From positions 72,861,039-72,925,038 of the forward strand of contig NC_068983.1 in the NCBI RefSeq assembly GCF_001194135.2: a stretch of 64,000 nucleotides of DNA, given 5' to 3'. Position 1 is the first letter of the stretch; each line of letters begins with the position of its first letter. Origin of the DNA: Octopus bimaculoides (lineage: Eukaryota). The position numbers were made by a program, and so were the translations under genes. Positions 1-11,300 of this stretch are shown here, piece by piece. The notes under the pieces are model-generated. The model made no database searches and was not told the DNA's origin. It saw nothing but the letters and a program-made list of their open reading frames with translations.

Positions 1-640
1 ACTCCAGCTGCTGTGACCAACTCATCAAATTTCTTGAAGACATCATCCAAATCACAGATGGTGGTTCATAGGTGGACATCATCTATTCCGACTTCACCTC
101 AGCCTTTAACTCTGTGCCACACAAGCAACTCATAGCAAAACTCTCTAAGTGCATGAAAGTTAATCTTTATTACTGATTGAAGTCCTTCATTCTCAGTCAA
201 AAGAAGGTCACAGTACTAGGATAACATTCTGCACTTTAAGCAATGATATCTGATATCTTGCAGGGGTCTCTTCTTGGTTCCCTGTTATTTGTTCCATACA
301 TTAATCTAATAGATGCCGACTTGAAGTATGTTACTGTATTGACATACACAGACATTAAGTTGTACCTTGAGATAAAACAAACAACTCTTACGTGCTATAG
401 ATTTTTCCTGCAATCTGAACTGGGCACAATGCATGGCAGAAGGTGTCTTAGCATCACTCAGCAAGATCTTTGTCAGCCATTCACCAGCTACATATTTTAT
501 GCTATATATGGCTATGGTACATCCACACTTACAGTTTGTATCTCCAATCTGGAATTCCTGTCATATCCAGAATATTAATCTGCTGAAAGCTGTCCAGAGA
601 CCTATAACCTGACAAATACCCTTTAATGTATTGCTTCTCT
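1..640 (+). mobile_element. Decayed CR1/L2-like LINE reverse transcriptase fragment
   Basis: Translations VDIIYSDFTSAFNSVPHKQLIAKL, LQGSLLGSLLFVPYIN and YTDIKLY resemble RT motifs; stops and frameshifts present. Confidence 0.75.
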
Positions 641-936
641 GGGCATTGACACTGTAAAACATTGACATTTAGCAGCTGAGTTGGTAGAAGTCCACAAGAT
701 TATCCACCATCTTTCCAACAATTTTGGCCTCCTTTTCAAATTCAAAATTTCTATTACTTGTGGGCATGCTCATAAAGTCAAAAAACAGTGCAGCATCCAT
801 GACTTTTGGAAATATTTTTTTCTTATTCAGAGTTGTTGAAGCATGGTATAAACTACCCATGTCAATTGTTAGCCATCAGGATACTGTATCCTTCAAAAAG
901 TCCATTTCCTTTGAAATTTGCCTACACTATTCACTA

Positions 937-1637
937 TGCAAGAGAGACGACTGTGTATGGATGAGGAGAGCTCTGTGAAGAGGTGTCATTCCCTAATAGT
1001 GGAAGAAGCCCAAAAGACCAAGACCTCTGGAGATATGCTATGATTGAGAAGACCCGGCAAGTAAAGTGACACCAGTGTTACATAATCAGCCCATTTAAAA
1101 AGTAATTTTGAATTGTCAGGCGACATGCCGTGCTTGAGGAGATCTATTGAGTTAAATAAAATCAAAATCAAATCAAATCTCAATCAAATGGAAATTGTAG
1201 TTGTGGCCGATTCCAGTGCTACCGGACTGGTTCCCTTGCTAGTAGAACGCAATAAGCATCATTTATGCATGGGTCGTTCCCAGTGCCAACTGACTGGCTC
1301 CCCGTGCCAGTGGCACGTAAAAAGCATCATCCGAATGTGGTCTATGCCAGCCCCCCTGCCCCAACTGGCTCCTGTGCCAGTAGCATGTAAAAAGCATCAT
1401 CCGAACGTGGCCAATGCCAGTGCCACCTGACTGGCTCCCGTGCAGGTGGCATGTAAAAAGCACCCACTACACTCTTGGAGTGGTCGGCATTAGGAAGGGC
1501 ATCCAGCTGTAGAAACATTGCCAGATCAGATTGGAGCCTGGTGCGGCCTCCTGGCTTGCCAGTCTCCAGTCAAACAATCCAGCCCATACCAGCATGGAAA
1601 ACAGATGTTAAACGATACTGATGATGATGATGATGAC
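937..1637 (+). mobile_element. 5'-truncated RTE LINE (ORF end, 3' UTR, (GAT)n tail)
   Basis: LWRYAMIEKTRQVK* terminus, UTR subrepeats, gatgatgat tail. Confidence 0.85.
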
Positions 1638-1699
1638 TGTTTCTGATGTACCAAAGCAGCTTTTCATCTTTGTTCTTTTAATGTTCACTTTGCTGTCTT

Positions 1700-1890
1700 T
1701 ATTTACTTGACTTATATACCTGCTCGAGTTGCGGTGTATCTTAACAGTTCAGCAAAAAGAGACTGATAAAATAAGTACCAGACTTAAAGAAAATATAAGT
1801 ACTAGGGTCATTTTGATTGATTTAAGGCCTTCAAAGTAGCTCATGCCCCAACATAGACACAGTCTAATGGCTGAAACAAATAAAGAATAA
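1700..1890 (+). mobile_element. SINE family B, 3' half, diverged
   Basis: cttaacagttcagcaaaaagagac...gactgaaacaaataaa matches the B 3' module. Confidence 0.7.
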
Positions 1891-2349
1891 GAGTAATTTT
1901 TTTAAATTTTTTTATAAGAAACAAAGAAACAGGTTTAGATAAAAATTGTTCAGAAATTATTATATTTGCTTTTATAATTTACTTTCTATGTTCATATCTA
2001 TGTTTACTCAACCATATTACAGTCAATGTTGTTATTCAAGAGGAACGTGTCAGTCTAGTCTGGGTAGAGACAGGCAAGGCTGAAAGTCAGCATCAATTAC
2101 TGAGTTACTTGAGTCAGAGTTAGTAAAAATATACTGACACGACCAACTCTGACTGAATGTCAATTGGAATATATTATAAAGAATTGAAAAGTTTATCACT
2201 CAAATTTATGAAAGAAACATAGTATCTATGGGAAAAGGATTAAATCAAACATCAAAATCCAAAATTCACATCTTATTCTTAGAAACAGGGATGTTTGTAC
2301 TAGATGTTGGCTATAGTCTAGTCACCATATAATCAATCAGGTGATACAT

Positions 2350-2893
2350 GAAGGAGTCATGCCCAATGACTGGTGTAGAAGCACCATAGTCAACTGCTAG
2401 AAAGGTAAAAGTGATGCACTAGATACGAATAATTACAGAGGTATCAAGTTGTTGGATCAGGTAATGAAAGTCACAGAGAGGGTCATAGCCCAACTAATTA
2501 GGGAGAGAGTCAGTCTAGACGAGATGCNNNNNNNNNNAAGTCACAGAGAGGGTCATAGCCCAACTAATTAGGGAGAGAGTCAGTCTAGACGAGATGCAGT
2601 TTGGGTTTGTGCCAGGGAAAAGCACCATTGACACTATATTTCTGGTAAGACAGCTGCAGGAGAAATACCTAGCCAAAGATGATCCTCTGTACCTGGCTTT
2701 CGTTGACATGGAGAAAGCCTTTGACAGTCCTCCAATCCCTTATCTGGTGGTCAATGTGGAAACTAGAGATAGATGAGTGGTTAGTGAGAACTGTACAAGT
2801 CATGTACAGGGATGCTGTCAGTAAGGTGAGGGTTGGCAACGAGTACAGTGAAGAATTCCAAGTAGGGGTCTACCAAGGATCAGTCCTCATCTA
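2350..2893 (+). mobile_element. RTE LINE reverse transcriptase fragment
   Basis: NNYRGIKLLDQVMKV...MQFGFVPGKSTIDTIFLVRQLQEKY...FVDMEKAFD...VGVYQGSVL. Confidence 0.92.
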
Positions 2894-2901
2894 ATCCACT
2901 A

Positions 2902-3138
2902 CAGTGGTTCTCAACCACTTTTTGCCTATGAACCCCTTTGATTACTATTTTACTTGGATCTACCCTCATAGCCATTTGATGTTTTAAAAAATCCTATATT
3001 TGTATACTTGAATGTTATAATGAACTGTATTAAAAAAAGTGCTAAAATATTTTGTGTATTGTGTTGAAGTACAATCAATTTACTGTGCATGAATTTTACC
3101 AAACAAAATCTTATATGTTCCATGGTTAAGAACCACTG
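2902..3138. mobile_element. hAT-like MITE
   Basis: 15-bp TIR cagtggttctcaacc / ggttaagaaccactg (1 mismatch); no clean TSD. Confidence 0.7.
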
Positions 3139-4008
3139 AACTACATTATAGCCCACGAATGCATTAGTAGTTACTGAAATGAAACATCTCGTGTTGTTGT
3201 GTAGCTCCAGATTAACCCAGACTGAGTTGACCTGTGAGCAAAGGCGTTCCAGTCATAATCAGCCTTTTTTATTTTAAGACAGTTTATCTACTATTACAAT
3301 ATCTAATGTACCTTTTTTCCGATAGTAGAGTTANNNNNNNNNNGGCTGTTCACGGAAAGTGTTGTGCCATTGATAAGATAGTAAATTGCTAATGTTTATC
3401 AATGTTAGAAGGATGAAAACTTGCAAATTTTGTTATGATTTTGTTATGCAAAATCAGCTTTATTTAGACCACATATTGTGACTGGATGAATGCAAATCCT
3501 TTTGTAAAATAATAAATGTTTATTGGACTAAAATGCATTGTATTAAATTGTTTCCTTAAAGCTGTATTTTATCTTTCAAACCAACATCCTTAAAGCTGTA
3601 TTTTATCTTTCAAACCAATATTCATATATTAAGAAATATTACCAGCCTTTTAAGTGAGCTATTATTTACTTCCCAAAATTTTCAAAATCAACCTCTATCA
3701 AACTTCCTTATTGTAAATTCAATGCTCTATCAAACTTCTTTATTTGGAAAAGAGATCTACAAGATTTAACTCTTTTGATACCAACTTATTTGAGATTGTC
3801 TGAGATTTTGACACAAAATTGCCCATCTTAGTGCTATTATTCAAATCAATTTATTATTAAAGAATCTTTTCATTATGTTCCTATGGGTTGGAACAATTTA
3901 AAAGTGTGCATGCATACTTGGTTTTCTATTGAATATCCATCTTTGAACTATGTACTGAAGTAGTTATGTATTCTTTGGCAAGATCAAACTGCACTACTAA
4001 TAACAACA

Positions 4009-4072
4009 ATGTCTAGAGTAGAAATATTAGACAGGTCAAGAGTCAACACTCAACAACAGTTTATTGCTCATT
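4009..4072 (+). CDS. WDCP: WDCP tentative first coding exon ([21 protein letters not shown])
   Basis: ATG at 4009, donor GTAACT at 4073, phase 1, 95-bp intron to exon 2. LDRSRVN resembles human LLRTGLN. Similarity is weak. Confidence 0.5.
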
Positions 4073-5278
4073 GTAACTCAATTGGTCTTTTACATATTAA
4101 TGTTTCTTTTTTCTAGTCATTAAATTGTTATATCTGGTTATAGTTAGAATAATTTTCATTTTTTCAGCCATCCATCCCAAACATGGACTTGTCTGGACAG
4201 ATGGAAAATCTGTTTACTTGGCCAAATTCAAGATCATAAAAAACCAAGTTCAACCTGAAAAGTCCTTTAAGATTAAGGAATTTGAGTAAGTAATTCATTA
4301 TCTTGTTTATATACATTATAAATTATAATTATATGACTTAAATAAAATAGAGCGATTCTTTTCCTTCTGTGTCAAATACACATCACTAATGTTATTGATT
4401 GATATTAAAAATTGAAATTTGTAAACAAGATACACAATGTAGTTGACAATATAGTTCTACATACACTGTGAGTGAGTGGAGGCGCAATGGCCCAGTAGTT
4501 AGGGCAGCAGACTTGCGGTCATAGGATCGTGGTTTTGATTCCCAGACCGGGCGTTGTGAGTGTTTATTGAGCGAAAACACCTAAAAGCTCCACGAGGCTC
4601 CGGCAGGGGATGGTGGCGAACCCTGCTGTACTCTTTCACCACAACTTTCTCTCACTCTTACTTCCTGTTTCTGTTGTGCCTGTAATTCAAATGGTCAGCC
4701 TTGTTACACTGTGTCACGCTGAATATCCCCGAGAACTACGTTAAGGGTACACGTGTCTGTGGAGTGCTCAGCCACTTGCATGTTAATTTCACGAGCAGGC
4801 TGTTCCGTTGATCGGATCAACTGGAACCCTCGACGTCATAAGCGACGGAGTGCCAACAACAACACTGTGACTGGAAAGGGAATTGGAAGATTAATGAAAA
4901 AAATGCCTTCAATCATAGATTAGTTGAACTAAGATTGTCCTGGTGTTAAGCAATGGCAACAACAACTATATATATATATCATCATCATCATCATCATCAT
5001 TTAACGTCTGTTGTCCATGTTGGCATGGGCTGGACTGGAAGGCTGCACCAGGCTCCAGTCTGATTTGGCATGGTTTTCTACAGCTGGATACCCTTCCTAA
5101 TGCCAACCACTCCAAGAGTATAATGGGTGCATTTATATGTTGTCAGCATGGGTGCCAATTTGCATGACACCAGTATCTGCCACGACTGCGATTTTGCTTG
5201 GTTTGATGGGTCTTCTTCTCAAGCACGACATAATGCCATAGGTCTTGATCATTGCCTCTGTGAGGCCCAAATCTCTCA

Positions 5279-5328
<50 letters not shown>

Positions 5329-8300
5329 NNNNNNNNNNNNNNNNNNNNNNNNNNNNNNNNNNNNNNNNNNNNNNNNNNNNNNNNNNNNNNNNNNNNNNNN
5401 NNNNNNNNNNNNNNNNNNNNNNNNNNNNNNNNNNNNNNNNNNNNNNNNNNNNNNNNNNNNNNNNNNNNNNNNNNNNNNNNNNNNNNNNNNNNNNNNNNNN
5501 NNNNNNNNNNNNNNNNNNNNNNNNNNNNNNNNNNNNNNNNNNNNNNNNNNNNNNNNNNNNNNNNNNNNNNNNNNNNNNNNNNNNNNNNNNNNNNNNNNNN
5601 NNNNNNNNNNNNNNNNNNNNNNNNNNNNNNNNNNNNNNNNNNNNNNNNNNNNNNNNNNNNNNNNNNNNNNNNNNNNNNNNNNNNNNNNNNNNNNNNNNNN
5701 NNNNNNNNNNNNNNNNNNNNNNNNNNNNNNNNNNNNNNNNNNNNNNNNNNNNNNNNNNNNNNNNNNNNNNNNNNNNNNNNNNNNNNNNNNNNNNNNNNNN
5801 NNNNNNNNNNNNNNNNNNNNNNNNNNNNNNNNNNNNNNNNNNNNNNNNNNNNNNNNNNNNNNNNNNNNNNNNNNNNNNNNNNNNNNNNNNNNNNNNNNNN
5901 NNNNNNNNNNNNNNNNNNNNNNNNNNNNNNNNNNNNNNNNNNNNNNNNNNNNNNNNNNNNNNNNNNNNNNNNNNNNNNNNNNNNNNNNNNNNNNNNNNNN
6001 NNNNNNNNNNNNNNNNNNNNNNNNNNNNNNNNNNNNNNNNNNNNNNNNNNNNNNNNNNNNNNNNNNNNNNNNNNNNNNNNNNNNNNNNNNNNNNNNNNNN
6101 NNNNNNNNNNNNNNNNNNNNNNNNNNNNNNACAATTTTCCACAATTTATCTCACCCCTTCCCACACACACACATACCCACACACAAAAAATACACGCACC
6201 CATACACACACATGTAAGCATACCTACCCCCCAACACACCACACACACACAACACATATGCATGCACTTACACGCTCAGACTCGCACACACACATGACAA
6301 ACATACATGCGCGCCCTCACACACACATATAGATGAACGCACATACATACACACACACACACGCGCACAGTGTTAGAGACACACACCTTACACAGCCCTA
6401 TACACACACACACCCATATATATGCACACGCCTACATACACAGCCGCATACACATGCACACACATACACACAGGAGTGCACACACAAAATAACACACATA
6501 CCTGGCACACATCCTTACGCTCTCATACACATACGCACACACACACACATAAACACGCACATACACACACCTCTCACATACACAAACACACACACACATA
6601 CACAACACACATACATGCACACACGCACACACACCTCTCACATACACAACACACACGCACGCACGAAAACATACACAATATACACATACACGCACGCACA
6701 AAAAATATACACACACGCACACACACACGGACACACACATACAGACACACATAAACACACATGCGCATACACACACACACACCCATACCTAACACTCACA
6801 ATCCCACACACACATGCACATACACACACACACGCACACACCCACATACACACACACACGCACACACCCACATGCACACACCCACATACACACANNNNNN
6901 NNNNNNNNNNNNNNNNNNNNNNNNNNNNNNNNNNNNNNNNNNNNNNNNNNNNNNNNNNNNNNNNNNNNNNNNNNNNNNNNNNNNNNNNNNNNNNNNNNNN
7001 NNNNNNNNNNNNNNNNNNNNNNNNNNNNNNNNNNNNNNNNNNNNNNNNNNNNNNNNNNNNNNNNNNNNNNNNNNNNNNNNNNNNNNNNNNNNNNNNNNNN
7101 NNNNNNNNNNNNNNNNNNNNNNNNNNNNNNNNNNNNNNNNNNNNNNNNNNNNNNNNNNNNNNNNNNNNNNNNNNNNNNNNNNNNNNNNNNNNNNNNNNNN
7201 NNNNNNNNNNNNNNNNNNNNNNNNNNNNNNNNNNNNNNNNNNNNNNNNNNNNNNNNNNNNNNNNNNNNNNNNNNNNNNNNNNNNNNNNNNNNNNNNNNNN
7301 NNNNNNNNNNNNNNNNNNNNNNNNNNNNNNNNNNNNNNNNNNNNNNNNNNNNNNNNNNNNNNNNNNNNNNNNNNNNNNNNNNNNNNNNNNNNNNNNNNNN
7401 NNNNNNNNNNNNNNNNNNNNNNNNNNNNNNNNNNNNNNNNNNNNNNNNNNNNNNNNNNNNNNNNNNNNNNNNNNNNNNNNNNNNNNNNNNNNNNNNNNNN
7501 NNNNNNNNNNNNNNNNNNNNNNNNNNNNNNNNNNNNNNNNNNNNNNNNNNNNNNNNNNNNNNNNNNNNNNNNNNNNNNNNNNNNNNNNNNNNNNNNNNNN
7601 NNNNNNNNNNNNNNNNNNNNNNNNNNNNNNNNNNNNNNNNNNNNNNNNNNNNNNNNNNNNNNNNNNNNNNNNNNNNNNNNNNNNNNNNNNNNNNNNNNNN
7701 NNNNNNNNNNNNNNNNNNNNNNNNNNNNNNNNNNNNNNNNNNNNNNNNNNNNNNNNNNNNNNNNNNNNNNNNNNNNNATATATATAAAATGTATATATGT
7801 ATTTATCCTCACAGATATAAAAGGGAAAATAATAGTTAACTATTATGTATAAAGTAGATTATGTAAGCACCAGCTCATAGAAAGCCAAGTTAGTGATCGA
7901 ACTGAGCTCACCTTACATATGCTTTTATTGTGTCTGCCCCAAACTTACAGATTGGACTGTTGGGGGAATTGAACATGCCCAGACTACCACACTGCTTCAC
8001 TTAAAATTAATTGCTGCAGTCAGATAGAAAAACAGCATATTCAAATCTATAGATCTGTAGATTGCACCTATTCATTTGGCTTACTATTTATGTGCCATAG
8101 GTTTGCTCAGTGAAGCTAACCTGGAGCTATATAACAACAAATCTGTGACCCAGTTTTGATTCCACATTGTCAATATTTGATTTTACGTATGTTACCAATT
8201 ATTTGACATAGACTGAATTCCATATTTTTGGCTTTGTTCATATTGAAAGAAAGAAATGAGTAAGTGCCTCAAAATAACTGCACAAAGACACTAGTCAAAA

Positions 8301-11300
8301 GCCACACATTACAATCGGAAATAGATATACGTCAGAAGGAAAGAAATGCATTTGTGTGGCAGGTGGTGATGGCAGCAATTGTGGTGGTGGTGGTGGTGGC
8401 AGCAGTGGCTACTGTTATTATTTATTAGCCCCAGGTCATCCCTGATCATGCAGACCTATAATGAAAGAATTTCCAGCTATGACCACTCTGTATTTTTGTA
8501 TATGGATATGTCCTTTATTTAAGACTAGGTTGTTATTTGAAGGAGATATGGATGCTATTTCTAGTAGGTCAAGCAACTACATAAAAGCCCTACCATTCAC
8601 TCATATTCTTTGTGGCACATAAAATACACCATTTTGAGCGTGGTCGTTGCCAGTACAGCCTGACTGTCCTTCGTGCCGGTGGCACGTAAAAGCACCCACT
8701 ACACTCTTGGAGTGGTTGGCATTAGGAAGGGCATCCAGCTGTAGAAACTCTGCCAAATCAGATTGGAGCCTGGTGTTGCCATCTGGTTTCACCAGTCCTC
8801 AGTCAAATCGTCCAACCCATGCTAGCATGGAAAGCGGACGTTAAACGATGATGATGATGATGATGATGATGATGTTAGGTTTCCTAGTGACTATAGGATT
8901 TTCTTTTGCTCAACAATACTTAAACTTCACTGGTCATATTATTGCAGCCAGTTATATTATAGGTGCAGGTATGGCAATGTGGTTAAGAAATTTACTTCCC
9001 AACCACATGGTTTCGTGTTCAGTCTTACTGTGTGGCATCTTGGACAAGTATTGTCTACCACAGTCCTGGACCAACCAAGGAGATGGAAACTGAAAGAAGC
9101 GTGTTGTCATCATCATCATTGTTTTAAGTCCACTCTCCATGCTGGCATGGGTTGGACGGTTTGACTGAGGACTGGAGATCCAGAGGCTGCACCAGGCTAA
9201 ATCTGATCTGACAAAGTTTCTACAGCTGGATGCCCTTCCTAATACCAACTACTCTGAGAGTGTAGTGGGTGCTTTTATGTGCCACTGGCATGAGGGCCAG
9301 TCAGGTGGTTCTGGCAATGACCATGCTCAAAAGGTGATTTTACGTGCTACCTGCATGGGTGCCAGTCCGGCGGCACTGACAACAACCACACTCCAATGTT
9401 GTTTTTCACGTGCCACCAGCACATGTGCCAATAAAGTAATGCTGGCAACAATCATGCTCAAATGGTGCTTTTCACGTGTCACTGGCATAGGAGCCAATCC
9501 ATGGCCCTGGTAACAATCACGCTCGGATGTGCTTTTAACGTTCCACTGGCATGAGTGCCAATCAGGCAGTACTGTCATCAGCCATGTCAGTGATTTTGAT
9601 TTGTTTACACTTGCCTCAAAAGGTCTTCGCAAGCAAAGTTTATTGGGCCGGTTACACCCCATGTTCAGATGTGCTTTTAACATTCCACTGGCACAAGTGC
9701 CAATCAGGCCATGTCAGCAATTTTGATTTTGATTTCACTTGCCTCAATAGGTCTTCACAAGCAAGGTTTATTGTCCAATGAATAAGGGGTATTCATAAAT
9801 GGGCTGGTTACACCCACTGGTATAGGCCATGGGCTATGGTCTCACTTGGCTTGTCGGGTCTTCTCAAGCACAGCATATCTCCAAAAGTCTCGATTACTAG
9901 TCATTGCCTCAGTAAGGCCCAATGTTCGAAGGTCGTGCTTCACCACCTCATCCCAGGTTTTCCTGGGTCTATCTTTTCCACAGGTTCCCTCAACTGCTAG
10001 GACGTGATACTTTTTCACACAGCTGTCCACATTCATTCGCAACACATGACCATACCAGTGCAGTCGTCTCTCTTGCATACCACATCTGATGCTTCTTAAA
10101 TCCAACTTTTCTCTCAGGGTGCTTGTTTGTGTGTATACATTTATATACATACGTACATGTATGTAAGCAGATAAGAGCTTGCATAAGATACATCAATTTT
10201 TTGTGTGGTGTATCTGCATGTATGCCTTTGTTTTATCCACAGTCAATCCCCATGGATAAAAATGAGCACAGAATTAAATATTATTCCTCAATTAGTACTG
10301 AGTCAGTCCTAATCAAGGATATCCCAATCATCCCCTCTTTAGTATTAAGTAACATGTACCCCAAACTTATAATCAAGGGTACTTCAGCTGTGATTATCCA
10401 ATCTCTTTTCTTAGGCACAAGAACAACGGGAGAGGATGAGTTCCTTGGATTACTTTATTCTCTGTGTCCTTTTTTTAAAAAAAACAATATATTGAGGGAG
10501 ATTTGGCTGCTATTTCTAGTAAGTCGAGCAATATTCTAATAGTGATGCAGTGTATGCATGTTTAAATAACTGATTATGAGTCTGTTATAATACAATTGTT
10601 TTAGTTTCAACACTCAAGCTTAGCTAAAATTCTCTTGTTAAATAAGTGCAACATAGAAATTCATCTTCATTTAATATCCGTGTTCCATGTGAGTATGGGT
10701 CAGATGATTTGACAAAATTCAACAGGTCCAAGAACTGCATCATGCTCCAGTGTCTGCTTTCTACAGTTGGGTGACCTTCCTAATGCCAACCACTTTACAG
10801 AATTTACTGTGTGCTTTTTAACATGCCACTGGCACTTGTGAGGTCACCAGAACAGCATGCTGAGAGAAATTTGGCAGCTATTTCTAGCAGGTCGAGTAAT
10901 GCTCTAATAGCAATGCAGTGTATGCATTTTCATGGGAGATTATTTTTAAAAATCAATTAATTACTAGACAAATTATACAGTCCATCAGATAAGTACAAAG
11001 TTTGGCACCTTGCCTCAGTTATTAACTGTATAGGGTCACAATGGTTTGAAGGTCACTAATACATCCTTGCAATTAAGGTCATGTGTATAAGTAAATTATT
11101 TTGTTACTCTGCAAAAACAAATATAAAATAGATGACATGACTGCATGGTTAAGAAGTTCATTTTGTAACTTTGTAGTTCTGGGTTCAATCCTCCTTATGT
11201 CACTTTGAGCAAGTGTCATCTAGCATAAACTTAGGTTCACCAATACATTTGTGTGTGTGTGTGTAGTTGTGTAAATAGGGAATGGCCTTTTCTTTCAAGC

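Noticed and set aside
2468-2598. Exact 60-bp duplication on either side of a 10-N gap inside the RTE RT
   Set aside because: Typical unmerged contig overlap; probably an assembly artefact
3550-3745. 34-bp and about 30-bp tandem duplications upstream of the proposed start
   Set aside because: Simple local duplications; no evidence for a promoter role
4476-4550. tRNA-like sequence (also the B and D heads, and 63550-63624)
   Set aside because: SINE heads with body, tail and TSD; no complete cloverleaf gene
5127-7852. Long ORFs of 288-484 aa (also at 27088-27532 and 57679-58184)
   Set aside because: They are open only because of N runs and CA/CT/TA microsatellites
9270-9720. Repeat-spacer-like array resembling CRISPR
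   Set aside because: Degenerate subrepeats of the RTE 3' UTR in a eukaryotic intron; linkers are related to each other and there are no cas genes
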